A stretch of 63,879 nt of DNA, the filler included, from Reticulomyxa filosa (Eukaryota > Protista > Foraminifera): NCBI GenBank assembly GCA_000512085.1. It is 8 parts of 8 records of this genome, joined end to end, with 100 filler letters (N's around TTAATTAATTAA, not from the genome) between each part and the next. Parts side by side here need not be neighbours in the genome. Positions count along the whole stretch, not along the records: positions 44,148 to 60,391 come from ASPP01009595.1; positions 60,492 to 62,449 come from ASPP01006101.1; 6 more parts are not named here. One strand, 5' to 3'. The position numbers were made by a program, and so were the translations under genes. Positions 49,408-62,549 of the stretch are shown piece by piece. Every line of letters begins with the position of its first letter. The stretch's first letter is position 1. Below the pieces are notes generated by a model. The model did not search any database. It was not told the DNA's origin and worked only from the letters and a program-made list of their open reading frames with translations.

Positions 49408-52095
49408 ATGACAGTCAGACCTGAAGAACAAAAACAACTTTTATTGGACAATGAAAACGACAGTATTGACAACGAAGACCCGTAAGTGCTTGTGTTTGCA
49501 GCTGCAAGAAACAGTAAACAAAGGGTGAATTGCGGGGGTGTTTGATTATAGACTTATTCACCAATTACCAAAAGAGTTGAGTAAGAACAAGCAATTTCTT
49601 TTTTTAAATGCAGACCATACAAATGACACCAACTTAAGTCTGGATCTCCAAACATTAGACTGAGACAGTACGTGGTGAAGCCAAGCGAAAACAAAGACAC
49701 AATTGCATTTGTAGCACGTGATGCAGTTTACAGTGCTGTGCACGCATCGTTGGCTACGTTACTGTGTTGTTATTCTGTATGCCGCATGGTTGTCGTGAAA
49801 CAAGTACGAATTTTTTTTTTTCCTTCGATTTTGCCATGGCCACTTAAAAAAAAAAAATTGCTTTGTGAAACTTTTTTTTTTAATAGGGCCAAATTGCTCT
49901 GACTCAATATGGTGATGAGCCTCAATTATTAGGCCCTGGAAGACACGTCCTCTTGAGTCCTTGGAACGAATTGTTGGCAGTAGTCAATGAAACCGATCAG
50001 GTTATTCGCCACGGTCCGATCTTTATCATTAAAGTGAAGCGTGGTGAACTTGGCTACGGTGTTGATTTAAACGACGGTCATCCAATATTGTTGTCGCAAG
50101 GTAATTTTTATTTGGTCGGCTTTGTTTTTGCTACCAAATAATTCCATTTTTTTTTTTTTTTATTTTTTAATAAATTAAACTTAAAAAAAAAAAAAATAGG
50201 AAAACATATTATTCGCTCAAACACCTTTGTGTGGAATGGTTTCATCACTTTGCGAGACCGTCGTACCCGCTTGGATCAAATTGAAGTGATTCGTGTTGAA
50301 ATGGGTATTGATACGTACACATAACAAGCTTTTTTTTTTTGAGTTTGCGATTTTATGTTTTTGAAGCGCAAGCATCTTTTTTTTTGGGGGGGGTGATTGT
50401 TAACAGGTTGGGTAGGCTATTGCTTTCGTGCAGGAAATTTGACGATTTTGGAACCAGGACTGCACTTGATTACTCCTCCAGATCGATTTGGTGATTTCTT
50501 GTCCACACAATTGTCAATATTGGATTTGCCAGAAGGAGTGCATGATACTTCGGATTACGTTCCTTTGGCAATTAAAGCAGGTAATTTTGGGGGCTGTTTT
50601 TTTTTTTATATAGTGATCATTCGAAATGACGTATAAAAAAAAAAATGCTTGTCTACAGCCGTGTTTTATCGTGTAATTGATCCAAGAAAGGCCTTGTTGA
50701 ATATCCAAAATATTCAACAACAAATTATTGAAACATCGGTGGCAACATTGGCCGGTATCATTCGTAGCTCCTCTTTATCCGATGTGGCTTCGCGCTCTCA
50801 ACCATTTTACAACGATCCAAAGAAAAAAGGCGAAAGCAAAGATCCTGAAAGCAAGGAAGAAGAAACCCATCAATATGGTCAACACATTGGTAGTTTTCTT
50901 TTCTTTCACCACCCCTTCTTTTTGAATTAAATTGAACGAATTGTATTTTGGAATTGTTATAGCTTCTCAAGCATCACCTCAACCTTTCTTCCAACATGTG
51001 CATGGTAAGCGAAGGAAAAATATAATCATGCAATTAAACTAATATACTTGACAAACCTTGCAACACTTGATACATTTTACAGATGAGTTTATTACGTTGC
51101 TGCATGATCACGTTTTGAACAGCTGGGGAATCGAAATCCAGAACATTCGGTATTTTATTTTTGTTTATTATACACAAAATAGTTATTATTACTTTACCTT
51201 TTTTTTTTGCTTTGTGTTCGTAGAATTGAATCACTGAAGATCTTCGATAACCAATTGCAAAAAGACATCAGGTAAATTTTGGTACATTATTTTTGGGAGC
51301 TTTCTTGATGATAATATATTTACAACAACAAAAAGTGCTCAAGCTATTGACGTATCCAAGCAGCACAACCGATTCATTATGTTGCAAAAGCAACAAGCTA
51401 TCGTTACAGGTTTGTGCTTTCATCTTGTTCAACCGTGTTATCTCTTTCATTTAAGCTTGATGTGGACTGTGTACAGTGGAAGCTGAAACGAGAGCAACCC
51501 AAACCCGTATCGATACGGAAGCAGGTTTGTTTCTTTTTGTCTTGTTGGCCGGACTTGGAAAATAAGTGAGTTATTTACTTTGTGATTGCATACTTGGATA
51601 GCGACAAGCATGATCAGGTCGAAAGCTCAAGCTGAGGCCGGTATGTCATTGTAAAATAACTTTTTAGAAATTATCAAACATTTCAATACAATAACAAAAA
51701 TAGATTCGGTTGTCATCAAGGCAAAAGCCGAAAAAGAAGCATTGCGACTCAAGGGTCTTGGTGAAAAAGATTATGCCAGGTAAAAACGATCTTTTTAATA
51801 GAAAGGAAGAGGGAAGGGAAAGAAAAAATGTGTTGTGATCCCACTACTACAGCCAAGTGGAGTCAACGAATTTGGGTCGCCAACTAGCAGGTATTTTTTT
51901 TGTATTTACCCGACTTCTTTTTGAGACTTATTTTAAAATTGTTTTTCTATAGCCATGCAAGTGCAAGCGGATGCATTGAGAGGATTGAAACAAGTGGCGT
52001 ACGTGCCTCACTTGCCTGGATTATTGGCCAAGGGACAAGGAGTATTTAATGCCACTGATGTAATCATGCCAAGCCTTGAAGCACCAAACAACTAA
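49408..52095 (+). CDS. SPFH/band-7 (PHB) domain protein, vacuolin/stomatin-like, about 14 introns
   Basis: N-terminal repeats (LLGPGRHVL, ILLSQGKHII, ILEPGLHLI), then TSDYVPLAIKAAVFYRVIDPRKALLNI..IIETSVATLAGIIRSSSL, then AE-rich coiled coil (KAQAEA..IKAKAEKEA). Confidence 0.85.
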
Positions 52096-54026
52096 AACAG
52101 ATATGAAGAATAAAAGGGCAGAGGGTACCCTTAGTTGTCAATAAATCTCTGTTGGAGTGGCACTTGCGGTAGTTTTGGAACAATTTGCCACAACAATGAA
52201 TTTAAATAAAACTTTATGAACAAATACGTTTCAGTAGTTCTTGTAAAAACTCCTTCACCATTCCGCCCAAAAAAGGGACGAGTTTCATTCAAAAATCTTA
52301 AATAACTTGAATTTGTTTGTTACTTTCCAAAAATATTTCTTTAAAATAGATCGATCATTGAAAATGAGTTACCCAAGTTTTTCAAAAAAGTTCATATATT
52401 TTTTCATCACGAGGAAAAAATCAAAGAATGACTATTGTTGAAGATTTTTTTAGCGAGAATTAAGATATTATCCTAGTTAAAAAATAGCATCTCGTTCCAA
52501 AAGGGACAAAGTACGCTAAAGAAAAACAAAAAACAAAAGGAAAATTCGTTTATGATCTTGAGCAAAATCTCAATAAATGATATCTTGAAATTTTCGACTA
52601 GTATAAAAATTAATTTCAAGCAGCTTTAAAAAAGTTTATTTTCTTTTGGCCTTTATTTGCTTTCGCAACTAATGTTGTTTATATTAAAATTCTTTCATAT
52701 ACTGCTAGATGTTGAAGTATATATCTGTTTCACTCTTTGATATAATTAAGAATACAACTTTTTTGTAAATTTGTGTATATAATTAAAAATGTTGAACATG
52801 AATTTTTTTTCATTATATTTAGTACTTTTCAATTTCAACTTCTTCATTTTCTTTGACACAATAATTTTTTCTTGTTAAAACTAATAATATGTTCATTTCT
52901 TTATATGTCTTGATTGTAGTTATATTTATCAAAATTGAATTCTTTTTCAAATATATTCCATTTTCATCTAGGCATATTCTGTTTACAATGCATGGTTCGA
53001 TAAGTTTATTTTTTCTTCATTTGTGATCTAGAACAATTACAGTATTTTTTCAGAAATAGTACAATTAATTATGAATACTACATTAAGACAAAATTTCAAA
53101 TTATAAGTCAATACATTAAAAAACATATAAATATTTGCTTAATAATAATTGTAAATAATTTTGTTTAATCCAAATTCAAAACGAAATTTAATTTGTAGTG
53201 CTAGAATCCAACAGTTGATTATCAATTTAATTCTTGATTACTTGTTTTTAAATGCAAAAATGTTAAAACAGGAAGTTTTGTCATTTAAGGAAAAACGCAC
53301 TTAAATGTGAAAAAAAACTTAAATTAAAAATGATAGTTTTTGGGATAAACTAGACCCCTTTTGATTATCCTGTTAAATTTTGAACTTTCTTGTTTTCTTT
53401 TTAGCCAGGTCTAGGTTTAATATACAACAATAATGATATTGTTACTGGTCGAGTGATAAAACAACTAGTATATCATATTGAAACTACTAAACGTTGAATG
53501 TATTCTATTTATATCAAGATTCAATCAATTGTGTAAAATATTGTTCAAAACAAGGTAATATCCAAATTTGTGGATAATTTTTCGAACAAAAAAAATTTGT
53601 TTGAATTACTTGAATCTTTGTTAATATTTTTTTGTCATTTTTAAATAAGTAATTATATATGTGCAATTCTGCTAAAAATGCAAATAAATAACTTTAAGTT
53701 TGAAATCGTTTTTTTTGTACGATTCTAAGAATTGAACTTTTTAAAATTTTCAAAAAAAGAAATAGCTTTGAAGACAGTTGACATACACAAATTAAAAATG
53801 GCGAAAGTTTAGTTTGTAAATAAATGAATAGGGCAACGTAAAAGCTGTCGACTGACGTTCCCCAAGTGATTTTTGGCTATAGCTTTGTTCACTTAGTACT
53901 TTTTCTGAATGGTTGATTTCAAAAAACTTTTGATCACAAAATGTGGATCTCTAAGTTAAGTGGAATGAAAAGACACATTCAAATACTATTAAAAAACCCA
54001 GTAAAATTTTCCCCAATGTTGTGTCT

Positions 54027-57000
54027 TTATTTCAGTGACTGCTTAATCCTCTTTTGTAGTAACGAGCTGACCAATGATCGAATTTCTTGATTTTGGCACT
54101 GCACTAACTTTGCGACATAAGGAAATAGTGCATTTACTTTGGATTGAAACTCTTTGTCATTGAAGCGTTCTTTGTTCAACAAAAATTCTAAAAATGAAAT
54201 GACTACTGGAAGCAGATAGCGTAAGTCATTTTGTGGTCTCTTTTGGTCACATTCTCTCACGTATAACAGTTGCATTAATTGTATTCCTAAAGGAATCAAT
54301 CGATATTCTGCCAATTGTTTGATATCTTTCGCTTTAATTAACTTGGAGCCTTGTCCTGCATTGATCTTAAATTGGAACAGTACTGTCAATCGACACATTG
54401 CAGCGTCAGACTCCATGCGATATAATAGTGCCGCAATTGTATGTTCCGGAGGAAAATCTTTGTTTTTATTTACATAACAAGAAACAAAAATAAAGTACAA
54501 AATATGTATCTTTTTTTTTTTTTTTGTATTACTTGAGGTTGCGGCCAAATAATCCATTAATGCCTTGTTTCGAGTTAACGTTATTGCGTATTCTTGCACA
54601 TACTCAAATGCATTCAAAACTTCAACACATTGATGCTTTGTTAGAAAAAGGAAAGAATTTTGTAATATCTATTTTGAAAGGAAAAGAAAACACACAAAAG
54701 TAAATGTTTAAAGTAATTTTGTTAGGATAGAAGCTGAAAATAATTTTCTTCCAAACTTGGCGCAATAGTTGCAACAAATTCAAGACAGCTTCTGCTTGAA
54801 TTACCAATCCTTTTGAATTCGATAAATTGTTTGCGAAAGTGGGCATTTCAGTTTTATTTACCTATTTTGACATTTTAAATTCGTTTTGGGCAAACTAAAT
54901 AATAAAATCAACAAACAAGTAAAAATAAGTTGAATAAATAATAACTTCTGTATTGTTTGTATCTCCAGCAGACTCGGTTTTTGTCTGTGATTGAACGAAT
55001 TTTTTCAGAGTTTTTGATCTCAAGCGGTGTGGCAACGTTTGATTTAATGCCTGAATAATGTCCCCGATGACAATGGACCAATGATTGGTAGTGAAGCGAG
55101 TGGCATTAACATCCACAAGTCTGCTCAAGCATTGCAGTCCAATTCGCGACGCTTCAGACGATTGTTTCTGATATACATAAAAAAAAAATGAAGTTTTGAA
55201 ATGATGAACCCTCATGATACAATTGCATTTGAGCTCGATGCAAAGATTGAAATACATATACAAAAAAAAAAAGAAACGTGGGATACATACCATAGAAATG
55301 AAACTGGTCAATAGACACACTACGTCATGCAAGAGCGTCTGATCAACAACAAAGAATTGGTTGAACAATTCAACCATTGCCGACAAGGCCGGATGACATG
55401 TGGTCTCCAGCCATGCACACTCTTCTCGCACAATTGTTTGTATCGATATTTTGCTGGTGAGGGCGGCCTCCGCATCATCCGATATGGACCGAGAGCGAGG
55501 TCTTGGATTCGGTTCGTTGTTGTCACTTCCTTGGATCTGTTTTTTCTCTGTCGTTTTAAACTCATCATTGTTGTTATCGTTAACATTGGTATCCGTGTTG
55601 GCATTACCATCATTCCTATTTTCATGTTTGTCTTGGTCCTGGTCTTTATTTTTATTTTTACTTTTACTTTTATTTTTACTTTTACTTTTATTTTATTTTT
55701 ATTTTTATTTTTTGCTTTGTTTTTGCTATTGTTATTGAGAACAGAGTCTTCAGACAATCCAACGGAAAGACGAGTCGGTTTGATATCCTTCCAATCGTTG
55801 GACTCATCCGCGTGATATTTTTCGTCCTCGTGGATCGGCTTGGACAGCAGTTTGGTCTCTTTGAACAGCAATTCTCCAGAGGGGAGGAGCGTGGGCCCCA
55901 TGGATTGTCGCAGCTCGGCAAAGATGGGAAAGACGAGCCGTTGGAATGCCCTCGTCCACATGAGTTGGTCAAAGATGACGCCATGTGTTCGCAGCAATCG
56001 AAAGAGCACAGACAAGGCGTAGCCTCTCACTTCCAATCGATAGTCACTCACGGTTCTGCTCAAACCCAGCAAACACAGGAACCACGCTTTGATCAGTGGT
56101 CTGCCCATGTCGGGACATCCACCGGTCAACGAGTTGCTTAGATAGACCATCGAAAGTCCGCCCGAGGCGGCCAGCGAAGTCCATTGCATTTCACTCTCCT
56201 GCAATACACTGCTCGTGGCCGCATTCGATGGTAAAAAGCGATCACACGCAAATAGAAACTGCCCCGTCTTGCTCAAACAATCAATAGCGAAGCTGGACAG
56301 TTTCGTGAATCGATTTGCCACAAATGCGATCAATGTATCTATGCAATCGGCTAACGCGTCCGTTCGCAATAACTTTAAGCGTCGAATGCTCTCTTCCATT
56401 CCCAATCGAGATGTGTCGTCACGATTATTCTCCATTTCCCGACTGCTCTCATTTGCTTCTGGTAATTTCGATTCGTTATTATTTGAAGATGATATTTTCA
56501 TCTCTGTTGTCTTATTTGCATTTGCATTGAGAAGGGGCAATGACAACAATAACTCATCTTCGGACATCTTCGACAATGGACGTGCTGACACTTGTTCGAT
56601 AAGTGGGAAATACAAATCTATCGCTGTCATCAATGTGTCAAAGCAACTGGTCACCAACTGCTCGTTGTTATCACGAGCAGCAGCACCAAGCACTGCAAAT
56701 ACGCATTTCCATCCCGATTTTATGTTGCGATGTCGCGACTTTATCAGCCGTGCCATGCACTGCACTAGTAATTCGCGGACATCACCCGACGTGGTTTCAA
56801 GAATTATCAGTTGAAATGGTTTTAGAAAATCTTTTTGAAACTATCCATTGTTTTCAAAAAAAAAAAAAAACATATCTTTTTTTTTTTTTTTTTTTTTTAA
56901 AAAAATAAAATCTTAACATTGAAGTTTGACAACTCATCTTTTTCCAGAAATTTATCTGCCAATTGTCTCAATGAATCAATTGCAGACAACGAAATACGCA

Positions 57001-57384
57001 AGTTGGGATGTGTCCCGGCGAAACAGAAATGATCCGCCAATATTTTCCATATTCTCAACCACACAAATCGTATTCGATCCATGTTGTAGTGGGCTATCTG
57101 TTTCACCAACGGAGATATATACACAGATTTTGACATTTGGGGTGAAAAGACTCGCCTCAACTCAATCGCACATAACTTCCACAATTTTTTGGAGACAAAA
57201 CACTCTAGGACTTGTTTCACTCAATAGTTCTTTCCTCGAAACTGTGCAAAGATGCTCGACAAAGTGAACAATAGCATCGGGATTGAGTTTCGATGACCGT
57301 GTGAAAATTTTGTCAATCGTTGCTTGTTCAATCTATTGTAGAACGCAAGTAATCAAATATATACATATGTATATATATATATAT

Positions 57385-57415
<31 letters not shown>

Positions 57416-60223
57416 TTGCTTTATTTGAACTCAACATTTTGTGTAACCAAACGAGCATTGAAATCGCCCTGAAATCGCAAAATGCCATCTTGTCCCATAC
57501 GAGTTCGACTTTGCAACATTTTTTGTTCGTATTGGGACGTAGACACAAGAGTGCCTCCAGCAGCGTTGCTGGATGCACCTGTGGACGTGGTGGGTTCAAT
57601 CGAGTGCTGTTCGTGTGTAATGGCCTCGGGGACATTGGTTAACAGATGGGACCCTTGTTTGACGATGGTAGGGGGATGATCCGGAGTGAACTGATTGGCT
57701 TGCGTGTACAAATGGGCATCCGAAACCGCGTTGGAAGACATCAAAAACAAGACTTCGATCTCGGATATACACCGCAAGATATGAGCCCACGAACTGCGCA
57801 AGTGATCACCTTCACAACTGTAGTAAGCCAAAGTCACACATCTCTTCTCTTCTTTTCTCCAAAAAAAAAAAATTTGATGCAAAAGGATAATACTCAACTA
57901 GGCAATGTCGAGAAGCACTTGAATGGCTTCTACGTTTTTGTTTTTCATGGCCTGCAAGGTGCCCAGCAATGTGAATCTCGCCAAGGAATTGACAAAGGCA
58001 TCGCACTCGATATCCATGTCCAATTGGCCAGCCAAGCGAATGCAACAGCGATATCCTCGCAAGCAGGATTTAATGTGTCGAGATACTTCATTGGTTTCAA
58101 ACACAACTCCAAATGTGGCCAATGCGGACATCCAAGACGCCGAAAACATCAATTTACAGACATTTGCGTCTGCCTAGGAAGTTTGGAGGTAGGAAGGGGA
58201 TGACAATATATTTATTAGTAATCGCTTTGTTTTTAGATTAATTTCCTTTAAAACAAGAAAATTATAAAAAAAAAAAAAAAAAACAAAACAACGTAACATC
58301 ATGAACACTAATAAATTTTTCATGGGTCTTTTGTTGGCGGGTCATTTTGATTTTTTTTTTAATATCTCGTATCATTCGTCTGGACTCGACTCGTAGCAAA
58401 TCAAGCTTTTGTCGAGAAGACAACTTGTCTTCTTTCTCTCGTATCTCTTCCACATCATCGTGGCCGGGGAGCTTCATTTCCTTCGCAACAATGTTATCAT
58501 AAATGTGAGACAACAGCTCTGCCGATAACGTTTCATCTTTAGTTGCACCTTTGGTCTGGAGGACAAACTCTTCCTTTGTCATCTTTTTTTTGACTTTGGG
58601 ACTGTGGACATTGACATGGAGCAGAATACAGGAATACGCCAAAATGTATGCAATGTCGGCGTTGGGAAAGACATCGGGGTTGTCTTCGCAATAGCGATCT
58701 GCAAAACGCTGCAAAATACGATCAATCTTCTGTCCCTCACCAGGCAAAAAAAATGACGCACATAGCACACGCAAGGCATCGACAAAGTCCATATTGGCTA
58801 GTTGTATGCGATTGATGTACTCGTGCATCACTTTTTGGTTCAGTGGTTTTTCACCGCCCAAGTATTCCCCAATTTGAATTTTTGACAGTTGGGATTGTGT
58901 CAGCAAGAACTCTGCGATCGAGGTGGGATCATCATTGAGAAATCCATTTTCCATTAAATACTTTATTCCCTATTATTATAATATACATATATACATATAA
59001 ATATATATTGTATATATATTTATATATATATACAATATATATATGTATATGGCAAAACAAAACTTGGCTTGGCTTAATATTGAACTTGACAACACCAGTC
59101 TTTAAAGTTGCTTGCTGTTTGGTATGTCTTTCAAATTTCTCTTGATAGCTGTTGATTTTATGAATACTGTGTGACTGTGAGGTTGTAGTCGTTGTTGTTG
59201 CTGTTGCTGTTGCTGTAGTTGCTGTTGCTGTTGTTGCTGTTATTGTAGGTGCGATCAGACTACTTGCAGACGCGGTGATGGCTGTGACAGGGGGTGGATA
59301 GATGTCTTTGTCTGGAATGGTAGCACTTTTGCTGGCAGATTCGAGAATCGTGGAATTATCCAAGTGTCCCATGGAGTAATGGTAGTCGTCATTGTGATAG
59401 AGATCTTGCGATAAAATGGTTTGTGACTTGCTTTGCGAGTCCTCTCGGTTGTCCAAATGATGCTCTTCTTTTTCTCTTGTCTCTTTCCACTGCAACAATC
59501 CCTCCATGATTTTCACAAAGCATGACAACGCGGCATGTTTCAAATCGTCGGCCTCCTCTTGATTTATCCAATCACGAGACTCCAATTTGCTTTGGCCAAT
59601 GTTTTCAATCGTGGAAATGATCCGCTGAAACACTTTTGGACACCCGGCCTCGTCGCTGCAATCATAATTTAAAAACAAGGATACGGTCGTGTTGCCATCT
59701 GCACAAATGTCTTGCAAGGCTTTTAACACCTCCAACTTTTGAGTGAATGTCGAATTTGGATTGTTTGTCAGCAATAAAAAGCTATCAAACAAATTCCAAT
59801 TTCGGATTTCAAGTTCTGTTTAAACCGTTGCACTACTGCTCTAAACGTGGCCATTGCCATTCTTTTATATACATACATGTATATACATATATGTACATAT
59901 GTGTACATATGTGTATTCCAAACAAACCAAAATGTAAAAAAAAGTATCGCAAATACGATTAGAAGCGTACGTAAATAAAAAAAACATGTGTATTCAACTG
60001 AATGATTGTATCGACGGTGGACGTCACATTGGCACAAAGAGTGGGTACTAAATTAGTTCGAATCAGCTCAATAAATCGTTTGGTCTCTGCCAAGGAAGGA
60101 CCGACATGTTGCATCGAAGAATGCAATAATTGTAATGCCAATAATCGACTTCGAATGTGAATGTGATCGTCATGTCGTTGAAATAGCGATGCAAATTGAT
60201 GATTCACAATCAACTTTCTCTGT

Positions 60224-60256
<33 letters not shown>

Positions 60257-60391
60257 GTGTATAGCTCCTCCTCTCTTTTTTCAAGCATACAACTTAACAT
60301 CCACTTGTTGTTTAGCGGCCAATCTGCACAGTTCTTCCAAAACTATAAATGCGTCTTTTTGCAATTTGTGTAGAATGGACGTCAGTTGTTC
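54027..60391 (-). CDS. BIG1/BIG2-type large Sec7 ARF guanine-nucleotide exchange factor (5' truncated)
   Basis: HUS box LFLNYDC; Sec7 [31 protein letters not shown]; HDS motifs [47 protein letters not shown]. One frameshift near 55690. Confidence 0.93.
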
Positions 60392-60491
60392 NNNNNNNNN
60401 NNNNNNNNNNNNNNNNNNNNNNNNNNNNNNNNNNNTTAATTAATTAANNNNNNNNNNNNNNNNNNNNNNNNNNNNNNNNNNNNNNNNNNNN
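60392..60491. other. Artificial contig spacer
   Basis: 44N-TTAATTAATTAA-44N. Confidence 0.97.
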
Positions 60492-61257
60492 TTATTATTA
60501 TTATTATTATTGTTGTTGTTGTTGTTGTTGTTCACAGATGCGTCTCTGCTGTTGGTTGTCGTTGGCATTGGCAATGGCACAAACAACATCGAGTCAGTCG
60601 CGTTGCCGGTGCTCTCTTGCAAGTCCGAACGCAGACTGATGCCAATGTCCAATGACACTTTGCCCGTGACCGTGGAAGACAGCGCCTTTTCGCGAGGCGT
60701 GGTGATTTGCGAGGTCTGCGCGGCCGTGTGCAACGGCGCAATTGTCGCGTTGTCGGGCGCCGCCTCCAACTGTCGCAATGTCGTTTGCTTCACAATTCCA
60801 ATCGTTTGCATCAGCGCTTGCGCTAGGGCCGGGTCCAGTGTGGGCGCATAATTGAATAGGGATGCCTTTCTTTGACGCTCACTCGACGCAACTCGAGATC
60901 TATCTGTCACTGAATATCGATTCTTTTCATTATTATTATTATTATTGTTATTATTATTGTTATTATTATTGTTATTATTATTGTTATTATTATTATCATT
61001 ATTATTATCATTATTATTATCATTATTATTGTTATTGTTTTTTTTATAATTGTTCGGATTCTTTAGTATTGTCACTTGCGGTTCATTTTCTCCGAGTGAA
61101 GTGCCAACATCGATATGCGCGAGGATTTCCGGCGCAAGATAGGCCAATGTCCCGACCTGCGTTGTCATCATGATTGGGTTGATGGCCAAATTATTTGAAT
61201 TTTGACTTTGTGGGGAACTAACATTTGACTCTATTTTACCATCTATTTGCTCATGGG

Positions 61258-61288
<31 letters not shown>

Positions 61289-61626
61289 CTGTGTTTCTAT
61301 GTCAATGACAGTGCTTTGTTGTGGCTCTCGTTGTGGTTGTTTTTCTTCTTCTTTATGTTCTTCTTTTTGTTGCTGTTCTTGTCCTTGTTTCAGATGATCA
61401 TCATCTTCACCATAGCGTCCGAGCTCAAGTTCCAGTGTATGACTCTGGGCATAAGAACGTGCGTCTTCATTGCCACCTTCGTCCCCTTTCTGCAGCTGCA
61501 GAGGATCGAAGATCTTGTTGCCGAGTTTGGCTTGGCTTCTTTGATACGCCTCAGGGATGTCTTTCAACATCACGATATCGCTACCCTTTTCATGTGATTC
61601 GGTATCTTTCATGATGTTCTCATTGG

Positions 61627-61687
<61 letters not shown>

Positions 61688-62410
61688 GTTATTATTATTG
61701 TTGTTGTTGCTACTGTGGTGAGTGCTGAGACCGGCATCATCTGTGTTGTCTGTTTTCATGCCAATCATACCAAACAATGTGGTCTTTTTCTTTAGGAACG
61801 ACGGAGGCTCGTATTCAGTCGCCGTGTTACGTCCGAGTGTGGTGTCAGTCACACTAGTTTTATCACCTGCGCTTTGACGCTTTTCGAGTCCGAGCCAGGG
61901 TATGTTGCTCACCCATGTGTTCTTCTTTTTCGGCCCCGTCAATTCGACCTGTGGGTCCGATCCCATTGTAAACAAACGTGCCGGCTGAGGTAACACAAAT
62001 TTCTCCACGCGTCCCAAGCGTCGTGCACTTCCAAAGTCGCACACTTTTGCTATGTATTTCTGCTCTTTCTCGTTGTAATGCACCAGTACATTTGCTGTCT
62101 GTTTATTGTTATTATTATTATTATTATTATTATTGCTTTATTATCTTTATCATTTTATCTTATTCCCTTCTCTCTCCCCCCCTTTTTTTTTTCAAACACA
62201 CGTGCAAAGCACCTTTAAATCTCTGTGGATCAGCCCATGCGAGTGGATACAAGCCATGCCTTTGGCCACGTGAATGAGTAGCTGAAGTCGATTGGCAAAG
62301 GTCCTTGCATTTTCGTATTGTTTGTCTGAGCCACGAAATAGCAACCTTGTCAAGTCTCCGCAACTACAATACTCGTAGATCAAACATAATTCCGGGGGCC
62401 TTAGGCATAT
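60492..62410 (-). CDS. Protein kinase (TKL-like), internal fragment with huge low-complexity inserts
   Basis: IYEYCSCGDL, HVAKGMACIHSHGLIHRDLK | TANVLV..AKVCDFGSAR ... TTQVGTLAYLAPEIL; intron about 62098-62212. Confidence 0.85.
61628..61710. repeat. (AAT/AAC)n coding microsatellite (poly-Asn); similar tracts at about 60930-61040 and 60492-60532, poly-Gln at about 61260-61290
   Basis: Directly visible trinucleotide runs. Confidence 0.9.
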
Positions 62411-62449
<39 letters not shown>

Positions 62450-62549
62450 NNNNNNNNNNNNNNNNNNNNNNNNNNNNNNNNNNNNNNNNNNNNTTAATTA
62501 ATTAANNNNNNNNNNNNNNNNNNNNNNNNNNNNNNNNNNNNNNNNNNNN
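62450..62549. other. Artificial contig spacer
   Basis: 44N-TTAATTAATTAA-44N. Confidence 0.97.

Noticed and set aside
52150-54000. ORF-free AT-rich stretch (also 25100-26370) as ncRNA or centromeric DNA
   Set aside because: No recognisable tRNA, rRNA, hairpin or tandem structure by eye; may hold decayed gene relics.
26373-62549. Recurrent TTAATTAATTAA flanked by Ns as a biological repeat
   Set aside because: Fixed 44N-12-44N format with stops in all six frames; it is a concatenation linker, so cross-spacer gene clustering is not real.
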